Assembly: GCA_001938485.1 (NCBI GenBank)
Contig: MQRK01241424.1
Span: 1 to 50,662, forward strand
Length of the DNA stretch: 50,662 nt
From: Girardia tigrina
Lineage: Eukaryota
Direction: 5' to 3'
Below, piece by piece: positions 26,421 through 37,592 of the stretch. The translations under genes and the position numbers were made by a program. The notes under the pieces were generated by a model. That model searched no databases. It was not told the origin of the DNA and saw only the letters and a program-made list of their open reading frames with translations. Numbering within the stretch: position 1 is the stretch's first letter; each line of letters begins with the position of its first letter.

Positions 26421-28480
26421 CTAACGTTGTCAAGAAATACGTTGTAAACAGTCGTCCTATAATATTCTTCTGACGATGAGAACTGCTGAGAAATTGCATT
26501 CACAGAACGTTGAGTAGTCCTGAAAATCTGGATTCCAACATGGTCTGAAAATATACGTGTTAAAAGTCTATCAGATCCTGAGAAGATTTTATGAAAAGTT
26601 TCTTGGTTATGTTCACTAGATCGATTTCGTGTGCACGAAACAAATTTGGTGTGAGCAACGCATGTTGCTAGATCTTTGGATTCGTTTTGTAAGGTTTTGG
26701 CTAGTCGAATAGGCGACATCTTTTGTAACAAGTAATTATACGATGAAGAAGCTTTTGTCTATCGCAGACGGAAGAGCTTCTGCCTTTTATGAGGTTTCTG
26801 TATTGCGGTCTTCTGATAAATATTTCAGAGCATCCACTACAGGCTCAAAAAGATTAGTAAATCGAAATATGGTATTAGGGAATTCAATCCCGGGATTCCG
26901 GATATTTGATTGTCATCCCAGGATTAGACTATCGGGATCCCGGGATTCAGTTATGAATTTCTTTTTCTTTGTTTTTTTTTAACATTTATGTACTTTTTTT
27001 ACGTGTGTTTAGGAGTTTTTAAAAAGAAACATTTTACACTGTGAAATATCTCTTATCATTGATTTTTTTACGTTTTCTACAGTGTAATACAGTGAATCAT
27101 AATTTAAAAATGAAATACAATTTTTATTCTTTAAAATACAATTGCTTTTATTTTTTGAAATACATTTATTCCCTCCAAAGATCTTCGCATCGCACTGTCA
27201 GCTGGCCAAATTGACCTTCCAAAGTCAGCTGATACTATTCACCAAAGAGTGATGAATTTCGCCACTATTTTTGAAGACTCCATCAAAAAGAATATAAACA
27301 GAAGACGTTTGAAAGGAGTGCAATTTTCATTAATCAAATTGCTATTGAGAAGCTCTAAAAGCAGAATAATAACATGGCGATTGCCCTAGTTAATGCATTT
27401 TAAAAAAAGAATCTCAGACCCAGGAAGTATCCTGATGTCATCGATTAATGTCTTGTCTCGACAGGAATTACAAAATTCAAACAATGCTGATCTCACACCA
27501 ATCATAGAAACTCTGACCACATTGGCTGAGAAACTTCACCTGGTGCCTGGGACGGATGAAATTAGCATTGCGGATAAAGTTCCTCCAAAGGAACTTACTA
27601 TCGCTGAAAGGCTGACGGATGTTCTGAAAAAGTGTCATCATTTATCGAATTCTCCAGCTGACGACAATGGGAAAGTCGCTATCAAAAAAGAAATGGCTTT
27701 TAATCAATCGATTGGTCAGTGTTGGAAAATAATGGAATATCGATATAAAGCCTTAATGACCATTCCACCTACAACTATTAATGCAGAGCAAGCCTTCTCT
27801 ACCTGTGGTCTTTTTATGACAAAGCTTCGCTCCACACTTTGTGATGATACTCTTAGTAAACTCACCTTTTTGAAATTTTATTTTCAACATATTATGACTG
27901 TATTCAATTGAATTAGGTTGTATTAAATATATAATTTGTGGAACAAAGTTTTTCTTTATATAATTTTCTTATTATTAATTTTATACAAAGAACTTTATAT
28001 ATCAATCCCGAAAGTCCGGGATTATCATGATTTTCTATCCATCAATATTCACACCAAGTAATGAGCATCGGTTTATTCTTCTCAGATAGAAAATTTTTGA
28101 GAATAAAAGATCTTTTTTGAGAGATTGAGAAATAGCTGCACACTTTGGACACGATGTCATGCATGTTGAGGAGAGACAGACAGATATGGCACACCAATAT
28201 TGAATGGTTTCAGTTGGTTTTTTTAAAAAGACTAAAATGTGTTCTTCGAAAGCTACAAGAAACTCACAAAGAATGTTGTGGAACATATAATTTGCATTTT
28301 GCGGACGGAACTACTGTCATTGCTTCACGCGCCCACTACCATCTTGCTCAGTGCGCAGACCCAGCAGTATGCCATACTTTGTGGTGTGCGATATTTCCTC
28401 TTTAACCAGTCAATATGCTACCTTTAAATAGTCTACCAGACGATCTTGGTTCTTTTGCATTACTGATTCACTTGATATGT
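26421..28480 (-). mobile_element. Decayed hAT (ZMYM1/PRKRIR-like) transposase, split by another hAT element and truncated by the Gypsy
   Basis: CSYFSISQKR..ITWCE..WIENHD joins across the 26876-28023 insert to TIFRFTNLFEPVVDAL; later EEYYRTTVYNVFLD. Confidence 0.7.
26876..28023 (+). mobile_element. Internally deleted hAT element carrying the C-terminal dimerisation domain (ORF 27393-27911)
   Basis: TAGGGAATTCAATCCCGGGAT terminus, ATCCCGGGAT subterminal repeats, motif TIPPTTINAEQAFSTCG...LRSTL. Confidence 0.8.
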
Positions 28481-28702
28481 GTAAAAGTAATTTTACTAAA
28501 TAAAGATAATCAAATAATTGTTATTAAGGATTGTATTAATTTAACAACAAACTAACAGAAAGAGGAGAGAATAATAGAATATCAATCACGAGAGAAGGTT
28601 CAAGATATTGTTACCAAATAATAAATTACTTTGTCCCATTGTCGATTAATTTATCAGTCATTAATAGTATGATGGAATGGAGAATGGTAAAAATATATTA
28701 GT

Positions 28703-29530
28703 TTATCTGATGAGATTCGTAGTCAAATCTGGAACGATTATTTTGAGAAATTTGTTGATATTCGATTGACGATTGAGGATGTTGTGGATGATTTCACACC
28801 TTAATTCGGTTTTCATCCGCTTTTCTCCATGATCTATTGTTAAAAGCGCCTTCGTTGTCCCAGTACACCTATATTTAATCACAGGCGATGATTTGGGACA
28901 GGAAATCATTCCAATGATAACTGTCCAATAGAAGTTGACAAATTCTTCTGTGATTATCCTTGTTCTGTTGCGTCAGAGCGTGTAGCGCCCAGCAATTTTC
29001 CAGGTATCGGTATCCAATTGCATTTAAGTGCCCGCTCACCGTCGTTTTATCCTGATCAATTCCCTCTGAAATGTTCCTCGTTGTTGCACGCTTGTCTTCA
29101 GTCAGAAACTCGCTTATCTTCTCATATATGTCAAGAGAGGGCTGCCCTTCGCGGTCTTGATCTTCTGTTTTAAAGTTGTTTTCGCAAAAATTGGAAATCC
29201 AACTTTCACATGTTCTCTTTGGGACTGTTCCAACCTCAGGGCTCGTGTTAATTTCGTCATTCATCTGTGAGGGTGTTAAATTCCTTTTCCAGTAATAGTA
29301 AATTAATTTACGAATATCAGAGCAATTAAAATCCATTAGGATGATGAGAATGTGCGAAATTTACGAAAATGATATTATTTTATTAAAACAAAAATTCATT
29401 TAGAACAGAAAATAACAATTATTGAACATAAGTAGATCGCAAATGATATTTTATCTAATTCACATTTTATTAGGGATTGTAAATATATAAGAATTATTTA
29501 TGTGATGCAAGGATATTTGCAGTTAACATA
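28703..29530 (-). mobile_element. mariner transposase 5' remnant
   Basis: IRKLIYYYWKR, EDQDREGQP and CWALHALT (WVPHEL-like) motifs; FLSQIIACD before the first catalytic Asp. Confidence 0.8.
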
Positions 29531-29562
29531 GATATATGTGTGCGACAAAACTTATGAGGTAA

Positions 29563-29564
<2 letters not shown>

Positions 29565-29601
<37 letters not shown>
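29565..29601. repeat. (TA)n microsatellite; others at ~135-157, 3804-3822, 14095-14116, 39517-39552, 50546-50566
   Basis: Seen directly. Confidence 0.95.
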
Positions 29602-29602
<1 letters not shown>

Positions 29603-30444
29603 TTTATATATAAATAAATATATCAGTGACTATAAGCCACTACAATATGTGCAATTGATTGAAAACGGTTCCATGACCTTGAGAGTCTTCTTTGGCTACA
29701 TGGGAGCATTTTGCTTTACGGTGCGCGTCTGATTCGGCATGTTTCAGTAGTTTATAGTTTTTGGCAGAACATCATGTAGCCTTCTTTAAATCTATGTACA
29801 CATCTACGCAACATATGTGTGTATAATATACACTGTATATGCGCAATGCGTACCTACTCTCAACTGAAACATTTTGCTAAAGTCTTCCACATTTGACTAT
29901 AATGGCCAACCACCTCGGTGGACTGTCATTTAATTAACCAACAACAATGCGTCACGCACACTCATTTGTGTATGTGTGTTACATATAATTACACTGCTAC
30001 TACCTGACAACCACCCTACTCCACTGACACTGTTGTATGTATATTTATATGTAAAAATATGTGGATACATGTATAACCTAATATATCGCTGATATCTCAT
30101 TCAGACTATGTTAATACATAGACAGGATGATAGAAACCCATTTATTTTTAAGTGTGTGTACTATTGTTTTTCTCCATTATTTGCATAGTATATCATTATC
30201 TGAGTGTCATTACCTGAAAATATTTTGGTGTTTATCGCTAAATATGGCTTATAATTGGAAATTTTTAGGGGGGAATGTTGTCCCCCCCGTACATGGCTGG
30301 AAGAAACACTGACCCCAAGATCAATAGCATTGTCAGTGTGTATACGTGTGAGTGATTATGTGTGTGTGATTGGGTATGCGTATGACTGAAAGTGTGCTGT
30401 GTTCATTATTATCCCCCCGAAATGAAATTTTGGCTACGACCCTG

Positions 30445-30678
30445 GAGATAATCGATTTTCTTGCCTTCATTATAGACTTTCTTGCAGACAAATGTCGATA
30501 CAATGACTTTACAACCATTAATTTTTCCCACCATTTTCTTGGCGTCGTTTGCACTTAAAGCACACATGTAACGATATTTACGAGAAATAACTTCTTTCGA
30601 TTTGAAGCCAGCCAAATAAATAATGTATGACGCAAAAAGGAGAAAGAAATTCGATAATCGACTTAGCATTTTATACAT
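30445..30678 (-). CDS. Possible small secreted/membrane peptide ORF, cut by a MITE end at 30444
   Basis: MYKMLSRLSNFFLLFASYIIYLAG hydrophobic N-terminus, three Cys; the frame runs into a CAGGGTCGTAGCC transposon-like terminus. Confidence 0.25.
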
Positions 30679-32004
30679 GTTGTTGCGGAAACTGTGCCTC
30701 ACGATTTTTAATTTCAAATAATGAATTATTATTAATTTCCGATTAGATTCGCCGATTTTTTTGATTTTATTAATGGAACTTCTGTAGAATTTCGTTTTTT
30801 AACAATTCAAAATTTATTTTTTTGTTTTTGACTCGATTTATTATTTTTTTAACTTTGGAATTGAAAACACCTTTTTGAGATGTTTTTATTTAATCACAAA
30901 ATTTGAATTCTTTTGAAATTGGAACACTTCACACACTTTTTGTAAAACAGAATAGACAAACTGAGACAATTTTTTTATATGAAATTGTTAATTTCGATGA
31001 CATATTTTTCTCGAACAAACGCACACATTAATACAAACATGCATCCAATCACATCAGACATTTACAATTTCAAATTAAACAAATTATACACACAATAATT
31101 TCTTATACATTACAAAATTTACACACATACTATCGAACATTTCATTTTTCCTACATTAACACACACATACACATATCCAATCACAATTTTGCACTTCACA
31201 TTATTCGATATTAATCGATAATTCCACACACTAATTCAGTAACTTACATACTCATTTGTGATTTCCGTTTAAACAAAGAAATCAATAATAAAGAAATCAC
31301 ATGATTCCCAATTATGACTGAGAACAATTGATTTCAACATTTTTAATTTAAGTTATTTCATTATTTATTTCAATTATATATCTTTTTTACTTTAATTAAT
31401 TAAATATTTAATTTATTTTATTTATTTAAACCTTTTTAAATATTTTTGAATTTAATTGCTTTATTTAATTTTTTATTTAATTTATTATTTAAATTTATTT
31501 ATATTTAATTTATATTCAAGCTGACAAAATGTTCGGTCAGACATTTAATTTTCCGCTCCACATTTCATTGTTTTTAAGAACTTTAAAGCTTTCCCTGAGT
31601 TTATCTTCCAAACCAATAGTATAATTTTCAAAACCATTAGTATAATTTTCCAAACCAGTAGCATATTTTTTTTAAATATTTCAATAAGTATATGTTTTTC
31701 ATTTTAACTTGAAAATAAAATCATTTCGAAAAGATTTTTCAGTTTTGAATTGATTTTCAAAAAAACAATAGTTTTGAATATATAACATAAATAACATGTG
31801 CCATTAACAAACAAATACATTACATCACTAAACTTATAGCATGAATAAAATGATTGTGGTGACACGAACAAAAACGATAAAAAAATTAATTGAAAAACTA
31901 ATTAAAAAAACACTGATTAAAAATATTCACAATTTTGAATGTCAATAATTTTTACGTTAATACATTTTGAATGAATATTTATCGTTTTTCTTTACTGTTA
32001 CTTT

Positions 32005-32310
32005 TATCCGTGAGTCGAGTGCTTCGCCAAACGGCAACCTCTGCAGTAGGGATTCAATAAAAAATTTACGCGATCCTACCGGTCGTACGTTCGGATCACC
32101 GACTGATGAACCGGTCTCACTAAGCGCCATTCCCAATGGCTCCGATGGGATTGGAATTCTACACCTATCAACGCGTCAACCGGTGGCCATCGCGTACGAC
32201 CGGTTTGTGGCGCCCACTAAACCAACCGATCAACTTCTTCACCCAACAACTTCCCGCACAATATAAAGATGCTGGTCACCATCGCTCGTCCAGGGGACCA
32301 GCACCTCAAT
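32005..32310. ncRNA. GC-rich structured island A (candidate ncRNA domain)
   Basis: Perfect 12-bp stem 32078-32089/32193-32204 closing several hairpins; 8-bp stem 32270-32277/32296-32303. Confidence 0.4.
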
Positions 32311-32889
32311 GTTTTATAATAATGTATGTATAAATACTGTAAACAACAATTATCAAAATTTGTTAGATGAAGTCTCCCCTGGATGTCATTGCTGAACATT
32401 TTTGTCAACCATGCTCTGCTACTGAAATAATGGACTTAAAAGTTCGAGATTTTATCTTGATCTGCTACTTGGATAACTACGAAACACAAAATGCTCTCTA
32501 ATTACTTGTTATTTTGTTACCAAAACCGACTCTATCGGAAAACTTATTAAAGTTATGTACCAGAAATCTCTAACTCGAAAACCAGACTATAAATTAGAAA
32601 TAAATTATTTGACCATTTGTGGTGCTCCTAAAAATTTTACTTTTTGTAAATTTCCATCGAATTTTTAATCTGAATTCTCGCAAAATGTTTGACTTTAAAA
32701 ATTGTATAAAAAAAACTTTCGTGATTGTTTAAATAATTTCTAACATATATGAAACTTCTTTAAATACATAGTTGCATGTTAAATAAAATTTTCGTAGTAA
32801 TTGATTTTCTCTCTTGAGTCTAACAAATCAAAAATTTTTAGGATTTTGAATCACTTCTTTGTAAAATGGAACGAGTAATTTTGCACTAA

Positions 32890-33262
32890 CCTGAAAGGCA
32901 CGAACTGCCCCTCGGGGCTTACAAAAGGCATCGCGGGAGGATATCCGAACCGCGAACTGAAGGTGATTCAGAAAGGAGATGTTATTTCACGGAAACCGTA
33001 CGAGATATCGTCCACGATCCGGAACGAAGGACTCTGTTGGCCAAGACAGAATCTAGAAATACGAACAAGCATCAGAGAGTGACGCGGTTGAACAGGGCTG
33101 CCGTTCCTATGGGATTTGCTTTACTAGCGGGCTGGTAGTTGAATCCAACCGACTCACCGATGCCGACGCGATATCTGATCGGGATTATCGGCTGACAGTA
33201 CCCTCCACAGTTAACTAACTCGGAGTAGAGCTTACTCAAGTGACTGACTGGACCACTCCATC
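32890..33262. ncRNA. GC-rich structured island B (candidate ncRNA domain)
   Basis: At least 8 consecutive hairpins plus a long compound stem 33069-33090/33146-33163; stops in all three minus frames; no ORF in the ORF track. Confidence 0.45.
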
Positions 33263-33711
33263 AATTTTCTCCTAACTCTCTGAAAAGAAGGTCTCTTTTT
33301 GAATTTCACTAAGATTTTTAGAACTTTATGATTTTTCCACTAAAAAGCAAATTAATGTTATACGTATAGTGTTAGGGGTTCTTTTGGTGAACTGTAAATT
33401 TTTGATATTTTTTAATTAAAAATCATATTTATTTATGAGATAAATTAAAATAATGTTTTACTAATTAAATTGAAACAACTTTTTTATAAAAAATTAGGTT
33501 TCGTAAAAAAATCACAATTAAAATAACTGTTTAGGAGTAAAAGAATATTGTAAAGAAGATTTTGATGTATTTTGTAACACTTTTTAAAATAAAAATCATA
33601 ATGTTTATTGAATTTAATTTCAACGGAAAAGTTTTATTAAAAAAATAATTTATTGAATATTTTAAAATCAAGTTCTAAAATAAAAATCATAATGTTTTAT
33701 TGAAGTTAATT

Positions 33712-33796
33712 GTTCCGCCCGACCTTCAGGTTGCCCAGAGAATCGGACGGAGGCAGCAGGGTTGCGCAAGAGAACTCTCTGGATCAAGCACTGGGC
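33712..33796 (-). repeat. ~85-nt structured motif, copy 1 (copy 2 at 45403-45495)
   Basis: Shared GCCCAG..TCC..TGCGCA..CTGCTRCC..GTCCG-[GGCAAC loop]-CGGG. Confidence 0.6.
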
Positions 33797-34477
33797 TTAT
33801 ATTGACTGTCTTAATAAGTTACAATCCCTCCATTTTTTCGATATGATTGTCAATAATTCTTCACATCCAGTCAGGGAAAAAGAGAATAACTCTGTTCTGT
33901 TCTCACTTCGAACATTGTCGATTGATAATTCCAATGATAAAGATGGATTTTCAGCGTGATCAACATGAAATGGTAACATCAATATATCACTGTTTTCTCT
34001 GGTGATTATTTATATTTAGAATTTTAAAATCTGGTTTATGTAACTGAAATATTGTTCCTCATAAATTTGTTTGAATAATGAAAGTTGTAATAGAAATAAA
34101 GTTTACGAATGATGACTTTGGATTTTAATCACGAACCCAGTATATAGAATACCTTGAAATCGTAAAATTTAAATATGGAAATATAAAAAAATGTATTTAA
34201 CAAGTTATAGTGTTTTGACAAAATCACCAATATACAAAAAACTGTTTAATAAAAAAGATTTTGTTTAAGTAAATTAAACAAATATTTGATTAGAACACTA
34301 TTTTTACATGTTAATGATTTGTTTTGAATAAATAAATTCTGAACGTTTTTTTTATATTTTCGATCTAATTGAATATTAATCATCGTTCTGATATTTTTAC
34401 CCGATGATGATATCGACGGAATGAATTTAAATCGTGCTTCGTTGACGAAATCTGAGGAAACCATTATAATGAACAAC

Positions 34478-34774
34478 TATTCGAACCGCACTGTGCGGCA
34501 GCGGCCTCGATCGGTCGGATCCCGTGCGCCATCGCCGCACACAACTTGGCGACGCAAGGCGGATCCCCACAATCTCACCGACCACGCACTTGGGCCGTGT
34601 TTCAACGACCAGAGTCGATCGCAGGACCGAAATCCGATGCCGTATCGACCGACGGTCACTCGACCCGATCGGCAAACAGACGCCATCGAACCGGCACAGC
34701 AATCTATCCGGGCATCAAGTCCCGACACGTCTAAAAGGTGCCGGCCGACGCCACTCGGTCCGGTTGTCGGTACC
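34478..34774. ncRNA. GC-rich structured island D (candidate ncRNA domain)
   Basis: Nested stems GCGGCC/GGCCGT, GGTCGG/CCGACC, TCGATCG/CGATCGG, AGACG/CGTCT, GGTGCCGGC/GTCGGTACC. Confidence 0.4.
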
Positions 34775-34867
34775 ACACAAGTGTTTATACACAATAAAAA
34801 TTAAGAAATTAAAATAAAAAATATATTTCGAAAGAAATTTTTTTATTTGAAAAAAAAACTTAAAGAA

Positions 34868-35701
34868 TCATTTGCAGTTTCTGAGATTTTCCCCACTGAG
34901 GTTGAGTTTTTCACAAGTTGTGGTCGTTAATGTCAAAGAATTCGTCAATAAGCTTCCGATATCGCGGGAACATGTAAAGAGTAGATGAGTCGAGATTTGG
35001 TTTTCTGAAAGAAACTGAGGCTTCGAATAGCAATAATATTGTTGATAGATTCTAATAATGTCTTTAAAACTGTTTTTAATATAAAAAAAATAATTAAATA
35101 GTAATTGCATTTCGATTTCTAATTTTTGCAAAGTCTTCTTTGCGGTCTCTGCATTTTCATCGAAACTCGCAAAACATAATAATTTGTCCGCGGATCGTGT
35201 CGATAGTTCGCGCCACTTCAAACACTTTTTCGACGAATTCTTAAGTTTTAAAATTTCTTTATTAAAAGAGAATGTTTCTTTGGAAATTAACTTCCTCATC
35301 TTTTCGGAATCGGTTTTCGTTTTGATGACTTTCCCGTTGATTATTTGACGAATTTTATCAATGATTACTCGATTATTTTGTCTACTTTTGATGAAAGTTT
35401 CTAATTGCTTCATTAAAATAATCTGATTTTTCTTTTGAATCGAGATTTTTGATATTATTTTCTGAGAACTTGAAATGATGTTTTGAATAAATTCCATAAT
35501 TACATCATGGACCGGTTTAATTTGAAATATTATATCATTAATAAATATTTTAAAATGAAAAATGGGATCTCTGTCGAGAGGACAAGTTGGATTTTCCACG
35601 GCCCACTTCGTGATACAATCATAACAAAAGTGATGGGTACAAGTATCTGGAATTACAGAAACATTTTCAAGGTCTTCTAAACATATTAAACATTTTTCCA
35701 T
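34868..35701 (-). CDS. Intronless RING-finger (C3HC3D-type, PHRF1/SCAF11-like RING) + coiled-coil protein, putative E3 ubiquitin ligase
   Basis: CLIC-x13-C-x-H-x-FCYDC-x10-CPLD at the N-terminus, followed by a helical Lys/Ile/Gln-rich region; intact 277-aa ORF. Confidence 0.85.
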   Translation of the reverse strand: MEKCLICLEDLENVSVIPDTCTHHFCYDCITKWAVENPTCPLDRDPIFHFKIFINDIIFQIKPVHDVIMEFIQNIISSSQKIISKISIQKKNQIILMKQLETFIKSRQNNRVIIDKIRQIINGKVIKTKTDSEKMRKLISKETFSFNKEILKLKNSSKKCLKWRELSTRSADKLLCFASFDENAETAKKTLQKLEIEMQLLFNYFFYIKNSFKDIIRIYQQYYCYSKPQFLSENQISTHLLFTCSRDIGSLLTNSLTLTTTTCEKLNLSGENLRNCK

Positions 35702-36889
35702 TTTAAAGAATTATAATTTAAACATAGGGAATGGTTCCAAGTGATATTGAGAACAATAATTTGAGTTTTTAATGGATTAAAAAAATTTAATATTCGTTTT
35801 TACCAGAAAAAAATAATTTATTAAAAAGATTATTATTAAAACGTAATTAAAATGAAAAATAAAATTAATAAAATTAATTTTTAAAAAATTACAGAAATAT
35901 TACAATTAAAGGAAAATATAATTTCTTCCATTTATTTTATATAAATATTTAAATTGCCATAACTTTTGTTATGGTGGTCTAAGGTTATTCAAATTAGATT
36001 TTTATAAAATTTAGACAAATAATATTTGTTAAAAAAGGTCAAAATAATTATAATAAATCAGTTAAATGAGAGAGTTAAGTTATTTGTATTTAATTATATT
36101 TTTGTAATTCTTATTTATTAATTAGCATTTTTAGGAAATATTTTATCAATACAAAACTAATTTATATTTTGCAAAAATTCTGTAGAAAAATCTCAAAATG
36201 ATAATTTTTCTTTAATAAATAAAATATATTAGCTACATGTAATTTATCTATTTTAGTAACATTGTCCTAATTTTTGTATTTACACGGAAAGAATACAGAT
36301 TTTTTTACGGAAATTTTTTAATATTTATTTTATGCATTAAAAAACAAAATTTTTAAATAATAGTGAAATGTCTAATACTTTTTTTAAAAAAAATTGTAAT
36401 TTTTTTGAATTATTTTTATGATAAAAACTTTTTAATATATGAAATTTAAAAATTCAAGTTTTACAATACAAATTTATTAAAAATCTTTTTTTAATAACAA
36501 TTTTTTAACTTAAATGTAAAATAATTTTGATGTCTGTCTTGTACAAGTAGACTTTTTTAAATATAAGATGAACTCATCCAAATGAGACTTTGTCTATTTT
36601 AAATACAAAATTTGATATGCATAAATTTGTCGAGTTTTAATAACATTTTACATTAAAATATATTACTTCATTAATCGATATTTATTGAAATTACCCAAAT
36701 TATGATCAAGTTAAATCATTATTGATTTTTCATTATTTTATGAAAATACAGAAGTAATTTACAAATAGTCAAAAAATAACTGAAAATTGGTGTAACTTTT
36801 AAAAATTGCTGATCTGTAAATATCAAAGAATAAATTTCTCGATTTGGTCGCTTGTTTTTGATATAAGGTTATCAGTAATGTTGTTTTTA

Positions 36890-37340
36890 CTCCATTCACT
36901 AGTCACAGTGCGACCGAACGATGTTGTGTTGACGAGCAGTCGGATTCGTTTTCTGGCATTGACTCATCGGTCCGTTTTCGCTATGCTTTTTCGCAACGTT
37001 CCATTTTTCCATTAGTTTGTTGAATTCTACCGAATGAAATGTGGTATAATTATCGATAATTAGTTCCTTGAGAGACCTGCGTTCACAGAACAAACTTGAG
37101 AATTCTGAGACAATTGACTTGATGTCTTCAGCCTTAATTAATTTCCATATCGCAAAGCAAGAAGGGCCACAATCGATTACGCTTAAAAAATTTTGTTGAT
37201 TGTACTTGTACATCCGCAGCAAGTCTTATCCAGTTTTCGTTGACGCTCAAGTCTACCGGTTTTCCATTTTACGGGTGCCGGATCGATGGATTGACATTCT
37301 TGACATCTTGAAATCAGATCCTTGATATCCGCGTTTGACA
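36890..37340 (-). pseudogene. LTR-retrotransposon integrase fragment
   Basis: ISRCQECQSID zinc-binding end; KELIIDNYTTFHSVEF rve core. Confidence 0.75.
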
Positions 37341-37412
37341 CACCTATTCCTTGCTACACACATAAATATCGCATTATGTACTGCAAGTAATCAATGATTC
37401 CGAAAAAAATAC

Positions 37413-37592
37413 CGTCAATGCTGGTGAGCTATTCGAACCACATCGACCGGATTCGACTGATACGGGTCGGTAATCCGACGAACGAGAGACCGCTGAACTA
37501 CGACGGTTCGAGGACGCCAGTTAGTTTGCCGTTGACGAACCCATGCGCGATTATGTGGGTGAGGGATCGATCAAAGTCAGGATCGCCACCTT
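37413..37592. ncRNA. GC-rich structured island E (rod-like fold)
   Basis: Nested stems CGTCAATG/CGTTGACG, CTGGTG/CGCCAG, TCGAACC/GGTTCGA, CGGATT/AATCCG, CGACT/GGTCG. Confidence 0.45.

Noticed and set aside
32078-32204. Type III hammerhead around CTGATGA (32103)
   Set aside because: A three-way junction is present, but there is no GAAA after stem II and no correctly placed UH triplet
32886-32920. Telomerase template (CTAACCT) or RNase MRP GGGGCTTAC motif in island B
   Set aside because: Template too short and not matched to TTAGGG; the MRP partner motif is absent and the Gs are used in a local hairpin
34421-34817. Five overlapping ORFs as protein-coding genes
   Set aside because: Arg/Pro-rich with no domain; explained by high GC, though not formally excluded
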